This document shows positions 1 to 10,129 of a DNA stretch of 64,000 bases, piece after piece. Location of the stretch: contig NC_058135.1 in the NCBI RefSeq assembly GCF_016433145.1, positions 21,692,056 to 21,756,055 on the forward strand. Reading direction: 5' to 3'. A program made the translations under genes and the position numbers. The DNA is from Gracilinanus agilis. Its lineage: Eukaryota. The first letter of the stretch is position 1, and every line of letters starts with the position of its first letter. Below the pieces are notes generated by a model, which worked only from the letters and a program-made list of their open reading frames with translations, was not told where the DNA came from and made no database searches.

Positions 1-354
1 TAAAGTTTTTAATAGTAAATAATTGCCTATTATATTACTTTTAATAATATATATTTTAGTATAAATATTCTCCTGTAGTATAAAATAAATGCATCACTGA
101 TGTCATGCCTCTTGATGCTGTCTAGCCTGGGTTACATGTCTCTGAGGTGCTATAGAATATTTTGATATAGTCCTCCAGGTTTTGTAAGGAGCTCTACACA
201 TATAGTTTTTGTTCCAAATTATTACCCTATGAGACTCAAGAACTAAGTCATTTTCCCCATTCAATATAGTTTCAGAGGACTTGTTTATGGTCACATGATT
301 AAGCCAGAATTAGAAACTATATTTCATGATTCCAAAATCCATCCTTTTTTTTAC

Positions 355-485
355 GTGTACCACTAGTAGATGAGTTACTGATTTTAACTGAGGGAGTTTC
401 ATCACCTGAGATTTCAGTTTCAGTTGTTATCACTAATCTTATAGAATTTTCTAATGATAGTGGAGTCATTATTGCTCTCCTTTTC
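355..485 (-). CDS. Candidate exon, Ser/Thr-rich (KRRAIMTPLSLENSIRLVITTETEISGDETPSVKISNSSTSGT)
   Basis: Seen: acceptor ttattttactatgtactag|G at 485; phase-2 frame open (part of ORF 317-562). Donor ambiguous: CAG|GTGATG after 406, GTG|GTACAC after 361 or CAC|GTAAAA after 355. Confidence 0.25.
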
Positions 486-1489
486 CTAGTACATAGTAAA
501 ATAAGTAACATCTGTTTCTTTCCACTCAATCTACTGCCATTAGCCTTATAAATATCAATCATTATAGTGGTGATCCCTCTAATAAAATAAACATTTGTGT
601 GCTATATATGTATTCTACATATTGTGCTGTGAAAGACACTAAGTAACTTCATATTGGGAAAAAAAGTTATACTCAATATTCTTTTTTCTACTCAGTACTG
701 AATAGAATAGCTTTTTCTTCTAGGGAAAAAAATCTAATCTGGTCATCATTTTTGACTATTTGAGTTTTCTGACTAAACCTAGCCACTTCTTTACCTCTCC
801 TGCCTCTTACTCTAAAAATTATTTTTAAAGTGCCAAATAAGGTAGAACAGAAATCAAAATAAGTAAAAAATTATTATTTTCCATAAAACTAGGGTTCCTC
901 ATTTCCCCTTGATAGGGATTAATTTTCCCTAAGAGATATTGGGACTTAATTTGCTCCTGCCTCCCTTGAAGTAGTTTCTTGATCATCTAAAGGCACAAAA
1001 GTCTTATTCACATGGAGGTGGGTCTTGTTGACTAGAAAGATGTCTGGAGACAAGAAGAGTCACTACACCTTTCCCTGCTCAGATGAGTATCTACATGGGA
1101 GATGAGGTGGGGGAGACAGATGGAGAGGAATGTCCAGAGAAGCCATTGTTGAACAGTATCTTTATTGCATAACCTTGATGTGTTTTTCCTAAGAAAACTG
1201 ACTTTTGTTAACTATTCAATGCTGTTTTAGTGTTTCCTTTCATCCCAGCATCAGATTTGAACATAGGGCTTACGGTAAGCCCACTCCTAACACACTCCAA
1301 CGTAATCTCCACATAAATTTTACAAAACAAAAATACAGAAAAGTATTTGAATATTAGATGCCTATTCTAGTAGATCATGGGCTAAAGTTTCTGAGAAAGG
1401 AAAGTGCAGTGACTATGAAGCAAAATAAAATTTGGACCTGACTTTTGAGAAACTGGACGATTGTCAGTATCTTTCGAACCTGTGAAAAG

Positions 1490-1880
1490 TCAATCAACAA
1501 GTATTTATTAAACACCTACTATGTTCCAGGCACTGTGCTAAGAACTGGGTATATGAAGAATAAAAAAAAATTCCTATTCTCCAAGCGCTTACATGTTATT
1601 TGGGCAGATAAAAAGTACCTATATAAAAATATACAGCATAAATATAAACCAAATAAATAAAAAGTAATTGCAGAATTACTAAATAGAAAATAGTTTAGAA
1701 GACAAATTCCAAGAGGTAGAAAAGACTTCATCTTAAAAGAAGAGAAGGTACTTTTTAATATAGGATTACAGGAATGGGAGATAATCAGTATAAAACACAA
1801 AGATAAGAGATACAGGATTGTGTGTGAAGAATAGAAGGAAAACCAGTTTACCTGAATGGCAACATTTCAGCATGGAGGAC
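1490..1880 (-). mobile_element. L2 LINE 3' fragment (old)
   Basis: tcaatcaacaagtatttattaaacacctactatgttccaggcactgtgctaag matches the reverse complement of the L2 3' terminus; followed by a decayed purine-rich L2 body. Confidence 0.75.
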
Positions 1881-2555
1881 TGAAATAAAACTCTATCTTT
1901 CTATCAATCTATCACAGTTGTTGACAAATTGCTCCACTCTAACCTTAATTGTGGGGTCCATATTGTGACAGCTAGAGTGATTGTTGAGGTAAAAGCTTTT
2001 TGAAGCTAATATGAAAAAAGTAGTCACTAAGAGCTTACCTACCACACCTCATAGAGTTTCCCATCAACAGCAATTCAGTGTCCTCTACTGCTAAACAAGT
2101 TGAAGAGTTTAACCTACACAGTAATCTTTGTAGTGGGGGCGGTGGGAGGAGGGAATATATCTGAATATATCTATAAATATATACATACATATATACATAT
2201 GCTTATGTATACATTTATATATGTTTAAGAATATATATCTATATATGTATATATACAGAAATATATACATGGTTCTCTGACATATACATACATACTCATG
2301 TGCATTCATCTAGAATGACAAATTTATAGTTAGAAAAATGATCTTGATCTATCCATATAAATATATTGGAACATATGGAAATAACCAAGCAAAGAAAATC
2401 TTCTAAAAAAAAAGAAATAAAAAAATACTATGGGGTAAGAAAATCCTAAGGTCAAACTTCAGAAGATAATATTTCCATTATATCTAGAACTAAAATGCCA
2501 GAAAGTAGACCCAAGAACTCCAAGTGGTAACAGGCCCATTGAAAGAAGACAGAAG

Positions 2556-2706
2556 GGGGGCAGCTGGGTAGCTCAGTGGATTGAGAGTCAGGCCTAGAGA
2601 TGGGAGGTCCTAGGTTCATATCCAGCCTCAGAAACTTCCCAGCTGTGTGACCCTGGGCAAGTCACTTGACTTAAAAAAAAAAACAACAAAAAAAATTTAA
2701 AAAAAA
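2556..2706 (+). mobile_element. SINE1_Mdo-like CORE-SINE, head+core only, with A-tail and TSD
   Basis: GGGGGCAGCTGGGTAGCTCAGTGG head (Pol III A box), B-box-like GGTTCATATCC, core TGTGTGACCCTGGGCAAGTCACTT, A-tail; 15-bp TSD gaaagaagacagaag (2541-2555) / gaaagaagacacaag (2707-2721), one mismatch. Confidence 0.9.
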
Positions 2707-2849
2707 GAAAGAAGACACAAGGATTATAATAGATATCTTAGAAAAGAAGTAAGAAAACTTAACATCAGACAACCAAAAAAAAAAAAAAAAGGAAGAAACA
2801 AAGTTCAAAAATTCAATACTATAGTAAGATATTATGGGGCAAAAGACAG

Positions 2850-3232
2850 CAATTTATTTATTTATTAATTTTTGTTGGAGTGTTTTAGTTAATTAATTTA
2901 TTTAGAATATTTTTCTGTTATTATATGATTCATGTTCTTTTCCTACCCTCCTCCCACCACCCAACCTTCCCATTCCCATAGCCAACAAGTAATTCCCCTG
3001 GGTTTTACATATGTCATTGATCAAGACCTATTTCCATATTATTACTATTTCCATTAGAATGATAGCTTAGAGCCTACATTCCAGTCATGTCCCTATCGAC
3101 CCATGTGATCAAGCAGTTCTTTTTTTCTGTGTTTCTACTCCCACAGTTCTTTCTCTGAATGTGGATAGTATTCTTTCTCATAAGTCCCTCAGAATTGTCC
3201 TGGATTATTGCATTGCTGCTAGTAGAGAAGTA
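2850..3232 (-). mobile_element. L1 3' UTR fragment (opossum-type), inserted in older plus-strand L1 ORF1 debris
   Basis: T-rich tail, then the reverse complement of the typical L1 3' UTR (tcaagacctatttccatatt; ctcccacagttctttctctgaatgtggatag). Confidence 0.85.
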
Positions 3233-4329
3233 ATTTTTTAAAAGAGACATCATTAGAAACAACTAATTTAGAATAAGAAAAAGGAAAAAGATAATCTAAG
3301 AATAATCGAACTCTTAGAAGATTATACTGCAATAACAACAGCAACAAAAAAAACAAAACACCTGAGTTTCATGTTTCAAAATGGTTTTGCATGACTGACT
3401 AGGTTCAAAATGATTCAATTCATATGTTACTACCAGTGAGAAACTTTGTATGTAACTCCTTAAAAATATGATTGTCAAGTTGTGGAACTCTGAAGTTAAA
3501 GGGAAAAAAATTCTTGTGACTATGAAGAGATAAATAAACTACATACTAAGGAAACCCAGATAGAATTATTGGCACTATATGTCAAATATATGAAAGGAAA
3601 TAAAATATTGAAATATAATCAACTTAATGCCAGAGGAAAATATACAGAATAAATAAATTATAAGCTTCTCTTTCAATAAAACCAAATTAGTATAATCTTG
3701 GAAAAACAAAAAGCTTGAAGCAGTCAAAAAATGTTTTTGCTGTGAGGGGATGAAAAGAAATCATGTCTTTATGTCTCACCATCACCAAAATTATTTATTT
3801 TTATGTTTCTATCAAAGAACCTGATTTGATTTTCTCATATCTATGGATTACAAATTAGTGGTAAAATTAAACAATATCAGTATTAAATTTATATCACTGA
3901 TAAGCATGTTCTCTGAAATTATAGGAAGATCTAAATTGAAAAATCATAATTATTGAGGATTTACATCAAATTTCAAATTCAAACAAAACTACTTGAGACC
4001 TCACACAGCAGAAAAATAGTGCTTTTGTTTCTCTCAAATTTATTCCCTATTCAGTCCTCATAGAAGATAGTCCAAATCTTCATTTTGCTCCACCAGCCTC
4101 CTGCTCTCTGTAACTGACTCCCCCGCTGAAGTTCTCATTTTTTACTTTACTGAATTGTAGGCCTTTTGCTGTGAGCTTCCTCTTCTCTCTTTTTCTTCAT
4201 CTGTAAATCTTATATCATCATCCTCCATTCTCTATCCCTTTCCCTTAGTCTCTGGTAATTAAATGAATCTCCTCCTCACCAACACCATTAACAAATTTGA
4301 GGCATACGGAGAAAAATCAGATAGCATGA

Positions 4330-4900
4330 AAAAAATTATCTGGGGATTTTTAAGCCCTGATTTTCTTCTAAAGGCTTATGGGTTTCTTTTTTAATTTCTT
4401 CCATTTCTCTTCCTCACTTTTCCTCCACATCTCTTAATTGGTTTTTAAAGTCTTTTTTGAGCTCTTCCAGAATCTGTGTACAGTCCATATTTTTTTCTTT
4501 TGGACTTCACATGTGTTTGCTTTGCTTTCACTGTCCCCTCTGTCTTTCCATAAAAATTCCTTATATTAGGTGTTTTTTTTGTTGTTGTCTGCTCATTCTT
4601 CCTCCCTTTTTATAAGTAGGTTCTATTCACTGGGAAGTTAGAACTTAAGCTCCAGTCCTTCCTGGATGCTACCCAAAGCTTTATTTCTGGATTTCTGCCA
4701 GTTTCAGTTCTTCCAAGATGGTATGATGGCCTGTGGGCTGAGAGCTCTGAAAACCACCTCTCACTGCTGATTCAATTAACCCTTGAGATGCTAATAGTTG
4801 AAGTTCTTACCTCAGGTTTTGTGGGAAGCCAATAAGAGAAACAGAATCTCAAATAGATAAAAATATGAGGCTCCTCTTTTGACCCCTTTTGTGATCCTTG
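4330..4900 (-). mobile_element. Old L1 5' UTR/ORF1-start fragment
   Basis: gtcttttttgagctcttccagaat...tccatattttttctt resembles the antisense L1 ORF1 N-terminal region; similar text at 60220-60400. Confidence 0.55.
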
Positions 4901-4908
4901 TGATTTCT

Positions 4909-5473
4909 TGTTGAAAAGTATTGCGGTGTTATTGAAAAGCTTTAAGCTCTTAGCAAACCAACAGTCAAGAGGTTAACATTCTCCCCTTTGGTCAGAAATG
5001 CACCCAAGACCAAAACCTTAGTTCAGCAAGGGCATTTTGCCCAGGAGAAAAGTATTCTCAGACTTAGTTTGCTGATAATCACGTACCTGAAGGTCCAGCC
5101 TGGTTCTTATCTTCACCTTGAAGTTTCTGAGGTTACCATGTGTTGTCTAAATTCATTGCAATGTCTACAAAGCTGTAAAAATCTCTCTGTGCTTTTGGGT
5201 GAAGGGGAGTTTGAATTTTCATATATAATAAACTTGTGACTCAATGGCACTTTGAAGAAGCAGCTATGAGTTAACAGTCAAAATTGTCTCCCATGTCCAG
5301 ATACTTCCTTATCAACTAAGCCGTCTTTATCAGATTATCAGAGATGATAGATAGATCTTGACAAGGTTTGTGTTTAAACTTTTGGTCTCTCCTTTCTAAA
5401 TCCTAATAAAACCTTCCTTTAATAAAATATTCTATAATCTTGCTAAGAATCAAGAATTTTTCAGTATTTAACA
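4909..5473 (+). mobile_element. Probable solo ERV LTR
   Basis: TG...CA termini (tgttgaaaag...gtatttaaca), TATA-like TATATAATAAA at about 5222, AATAAA at 5405 and 5421, then a short U5-like end. No TSD found; family not identified. Confidence 0.55.
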
Positions 5474-5479
5474 CACTAC

Positions 5480-5760
5480 TTACCATTAATCATCCTTCAC
5501 TTGGTTCTCTTTCTGCAAATTATTATTATTATCATTATCCTGCATCTATCTGTCTGCCTAGCACATGCTGCTTCTTTTACTATCCCATTCATTCACTTCC
5601 ATGGATTCACCTACCACTTATATGTATGATCCAGAAATCTATTATCTATATTATCTCTGAGCTTCACAATCATTTTTCTGAACTCCAAAACATAAGATGT
5701 GTCTAAATATCCATTCCTTTCACATCTCAATATCAACTTATTGAAAACAACTTTTTCATG
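5480..5760 (+). mobile_element. L2 fragment
   Basis: cattcacttccatggattcacctaccacttatatg...catctcaatatcaac is typical decayed L2 ORF2 3' region. Confidence 0.6.
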
Positions 5761-5764
5761 CTCC

Positions 5765-6225
5765 AGTTGGGTCAAAAGATATGAACAAATTGTTCTCAGA
5801 TGAAGAAATTAAAACTATCTTTAATCACATGAAAAAATTCTCCAAATCATATTAATTAGAGAAATTGAAATTAAAAGCAACCCTGAAGTACCATCTCACA
5901 ACTATCAGACTGGCTAATGTGACAAAAAAGGAAAATAATAAATCTTGGAGGAGATATGGAAAAATTGAGATAGCAATACACTTGGTGAACCTAGGAACTT
6001 GATCCCACTATTCTGGAGAGCAATTTGGAACCATGCCCAAAGGACCATCAAATTGTTCATAATCCAGCAATACCACTACTTGGGTCTTTATCCTAAAGAG
6101 AGATCAAAGATAGGGGAAAAGGGCTTCTTGGTCAAAAATGTTCATGGCAGCTTTTTTTGTGGTGGCAAATCATTGGAAACTGAGAGAATGTCCATAAATT
6201 AGGAATAACTAAACAAGTTGCAACA
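5765..6225 (+). mobile_element. L1 ORF2 C-terminal fragment (degenerate)
   Basis: ORF 5999-6202 (PLFWRAIWNHAQRTIK...LGLYPKE) is L1 ORF2 C-terminal sequence. Confidence 0.9.
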
Positions 6226-6533
6226 TATGATACAGCTTATTTATTTTATTGATGAGGAAATGGAGACCTATGAGGACTAAGTGACTTTTCCATCATCCCA
6301 TTAAGGGACCAAGTTGAGATGTGAATTTAGGTCTTCTTAATTCATAAAAAAGTCCTTAATATGACTAATAAACTTGCTACTAGACTTGCTTTTATTAAAG
6401 AGCCTTATAAAATGCTAATTCAGTAGCCTACTCAAGAAGGTCATGCTTTTAATGACTCTCAATTAGAGGAGAGGCAGAAGGTCAAAGTAATCACTAGTTA
6501 TGATAAAGGAAATTGCTAGATACAGAAAAGTAC

Positions 6534-6572
6534 CTGTGAATTATATTTTTCAAGTTTGAGCCCATGAAATTT
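6534..6572 (-). CDS. Candidate 39-nt internal exon (phase 2-2: NFMGSNLKNIIH; phase 0-0: KFHGLKLEKYNSQ)
   Basis: Seen: acceptor tgtattatgacttttcag| and donor CAG|GTACTT; length is a multiple of 3; open in two frames; lies in non-repeat sequence. Chance occurrence is possible. Confidence 0.2.
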
Positions 6573-8019
6573 CTGAAAAGTCATAATACAGAGCTCTCCT
6601 TTCCACATATTTGCAAAGCCAGTCACTATATACCTGAAGGAGTGCTCTACCTCTGAGTCCAATATACATGAATGCTTCAGTCAAGTTTCTGCTTATAAAA
6701 TCTACAAAGGGATTTCAGCACGTGTTAGTGGCTAGACAGGATGACTCAGAATGAGAAAGACCTGGATTCAAGTTCCATCTTGTGATATCTTGCAACCCTC
6801 ATCAAGTCACATACTCTCAGTGCTACATTCCACTCTCAAAGACTTTAATTTGCAGAGAACATACTGAGCTATATTGGTAAAAGGGTTCTACTCATCTCTA
6901 CCAAAGAAACAGCAATCTGTTCATAAGCAGGTCTTTTAATGACTAGTCGGAATGCACAGATTTTTTCTGAATATTTCTTTCTCTTTTTTAATCAATAATT
7001 TTTCTTTTTATTTTTATGTCATTGACTATTTAGTAATTTTCATGTTTTTATCTAAATAAATTTCCTGTACTGTGTGGTATTTACATTGGAAGTCAAATGA
7101 TGAATCAAAATGAAATCCTATTTGGGAAATAATGGCCTTCATTTCATATGTATTATGAGATCTAAAGACATAGTATCATAAATTAAGACATATTGTGACT
7201 ATTGAACATGCCTTGAAGACCAACATTACAGCCATTGTTAAATATTTAGGTTAGAATTATATTTTTAAATTATGCTTTTAGAGACATCAGGGATAAACTA
7301 AACACATCAATGAAAGGTCACTATTTGATCTCCTTTATCATTTTCATATGCAAAGGTTAAAAGACGTTCCAGTGGAAGTCTTCAGAGGTTTTTCTTTTCT
7401 GTTTGGTTTTGAGATTTGGGATATAAATTTTATCTTTATTTTCATAAATAAATTTTCATAAATGAATTTGATATGCTAAAAACACATTAACACCAGAGTG
7501 TCACCTTATTTTAAAAATCATCGTTTCTTCCTTGGCAAACTATATTTCGAAAGTGTGTGTGTTTTGTTTTGTTTTATTTTTAAACAAATTGAGATTAAGA
7601 GATAGATATGCCTTATAAAATTTAAGTTTCCACAGACTGAAAAAAACCAGGTAACCTGCCTATTGAGGAAAAAAACTTGACTATAGAGAATTTTTATAAT
7701 GCCAGTTCAAAATTTAGCATATAACTGATTTATCATCTATAGAGGTTTGAATTGGTCTAGGGAAATCTGGGTGAAGGAAGTTCATGTAACAATGTAAGTT
7801 AGCTTACTGCCTTACAAAGTGCCTGTGTATACATGTGCCATGTTGACCTTTTATGTCAATATGTAAAATTGAATTCACAGATTTATCAGTAGCACCGGGC
7901 ACTGAACAATGTTTCCTGTACAGCCATTTGGCTGTTAGCTATCAAATACTCCACTTTGCATCTGTACCTCTGCTTGGTTTCAACTCCATGAAACAAAATG
8001 GCCCTTGACACACTCTTTT

Positions 8020-8160
8020 ATCTCTACTGTTTTTGAGCTTCCTTTTACGTGTTGTCTTCTTCATTAGACTGTAAGCTCATAGTGTCCAGGGACTATCTTT
8101 ATTTTTCTTTATCACAGTGCCTGGATCGTAGTAGGTACTTAATAAATGTTTATTGTATTA
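8020..8160 (+). mobile_element. L2 3' end
   Basis: gactgtaagctc...cacagtgcctggatcgtagtaggtacttaataaatgtttattg is the L2 terminus. Confidence 0.75.
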
Positions 8161-8169
8161 TATAAAAAA

Positions 8170-9370
8170 CTTTTTTCTTTTTTAGATAAAATTTATTTTG
8201 TTTTTAGTTCCACAACATCTCCTTCCCTCTGTTTCCTCGTCTAACCACTAAGAAAATAAGAAATATGTAAATGCATTTATATGTGTATGTAAATAGATAG
8301 ATAGATAGATAGATAGATAAACAGATAGATTATACAATCATACAAAAGTATTTCCTCTTTAGTCATGTCTCCCAAAAGCAAGAAAAATAAGGGAGGAAAA
8401 AAAACTTCAATTTGTACTCAGTTCATCACTTCTCTTTCTGGAGGTGGAGAAGCTCTTTATATCTTGAGTCTTTTGGAGTTGTGATAGATCATTGTATTGA
8501 CCAGTTACATGTCTTTTCACAGTTGATTTTCCTTACAATATTGCTGTTACTACATAAATTTTTCTTTATAAATTATAAATTATTCTTTGCTCACTTTACT
8601 TTGCAACTGTCATGTGGGTCTTTCCAGAATTTTTGGAACTTTCCCTTTCTTGATTTCTTTTTTTTTAAACCCTTGTCTTCAGTCTTAGAATTGATACTAA
8701 GTTTCGGGTTCCAATCCAGAAAAGTGGTAAGGGTTAGGCAATTGGGGTTAAGTGACTTATCCAGAGTGACACAGCTAGAAAGTGTGACTTTCTAGAGAAG
8801 CTAGAAAGTGGGGCCATATTTAAACAAGGACCTCCCATATGCAGGCCTCAATCTCTATCCCCTGAACCTCTAGCACCATCTGCTCGGCCTTCATGATTTT
8901 TTACAGTAAAATAGTATTCTATCATATTCACAAACCATATCTTCTTCAGCCATTCCTTAATTCCATTAGTTCGTGTCTTCCCAATTTTTTTCTGAAATTG
9001 TCCTGATTTCAATTTTTTATAATAAAATAGTATTCTATCACAATCATATACCACAACCTCTTCAGTCATTCCCTAGCTGATGGGGATCCCCTCAGTTTTA
9101 AATTCTTTGCCATCATAAAAAAGCTGTTTATATGTATGTATGTATGTGTGTGTATATGTATATATATTTACATATGAGTTTTTTTTCTTTTTTCTTCACT
9201 CTCCTTGGAGTATAGACTTAGGAGTAGTTAGCTCAGTGGTTATATACAGGTTTTATAGACCATTCTACATATTTCCAAATTGTTTTCCAGGATGGTTGGA
9301 CACAGCTTTACCAACAGTTCATTAATGTTCCTATTTTCCTATTCTCCAGTATTTGACATCTCATCTCTTT
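8170..9370 (-). mobile_element. Old L1 3' UTR/ORF2 end, interrupted by (GATA)n at 8293-8330 and a SINE at 8662-8880
   Basis: aatagtattctatca...ttcagccattcc motif (twice); ORF 8848-9069 EWLKKIWFVNMIEYYFTVKN is L1 ORF2 C-terminal-like. Confidence 0.75.
8662..8880 (-). mobile_element. Marsupial CORE-SINE (SINE1_Mdo/MAR1-like, older)
   Basis: ttttttttaaacccttgtcttcagtcttagaattgatactaag...ggcaattggggttaagtgactt...cacagctag is the antisense tail and core. Confidence 0.85.
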
Positions 9371-9889
9371 AAAAGAGAACAAGAAAAAGAAAACTTTTAA
9401 GCAACTTATTTTCTGCTAACCTTTGTATTTTCTGCCTAGGCAAGCCTGGTTTTTCATGCACCTTTATTACCTTTTATCCCATCTCATTTCACAGTAAATG
9501 TCCTCAAACCATGTTAGTACTCTTCATTAGTAGAGCTTTCTCAGTTGAATGCCACTGAAATGAACTAGTTTTCCTAGCTTTTATTTATAAGTAGCTTCTT
9601 TTCTTCATGGTCAACTACAATACTTTGGATTTCTGTCATTAAGAACTTATGACACCATTCACCAAATGATTTCATGCTATCAGACTCTTCAGAGTAATCC
9701 AGAACCCTTAACAAAGAAGTGAGGCCTGAAAGAATAAATGTAGAAACAATTAATAATAGATTCAAAAAAGCCCCTAGAAAGTTGACTCAGTAATAGAGTG
9801 ATGTGAAGAAGGCAATTGAGAATTACTGGTTTGATGAACAAGTTGAGACACAAAACTAGGTTATAGGAGACTTTAAAAGAGCAAGTAAG

Positions 9890-10072
9890 GGGGGCAGCTG
9901 GGTAGCTCAGTGGAGTGAGAGTCAGACCTAGAGACAGGAGGTCCTCGGTTCAAACCCGGCCTCAGCCACTTCCCAGCTGTGTGACCCTGGGCAAGTCACT
10001 TGACCCCCATTGCCCACCCTTACCGCTCTTCCACCTATGAGACAATACACCGAAGTACAAGGGGTTAAAAAA
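9890..10072 (+). mobile_element. Full-length young SINE1_Mdo-like element with perfect 15-bp TSD
   Basis: A box TAGCTCAGTGG, B box GGTTCAAACCC, core, tail, A-run; TSD aaaagagcaagtaag at 9875-9889 and 10073-10087; CpGs retained. Confidence 0.95.
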
Positions 10073-10129
10073 AAAAGAGCAAGTAAGATCTTTTTCTAAA
10101 GCCCCTGCTCTTCATAAAAAGTTTAATTG

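Noticed and set aside
7740-8000. Exon-like segments on both strands around 7.8 kb
   Set aside because: Weak or ambiguous splice sites and phases incompatible with the main model; expected by chance in AT-rich DNA. A regulatory role cannot be excluded.
8904-9085. Apparent ~60-120-bp tandem repeat
   Set aside because: Both units are the same L1 ORF2 3' segment (old duplication or adjacent fragments); no sign of separate function.
9890-10072. tRNA gene (A and B boxes present)
   Set aside because: The boxes belong to tRNA-derived SINE heads; there is no cloverleaf, and core, tail and TSD are present.
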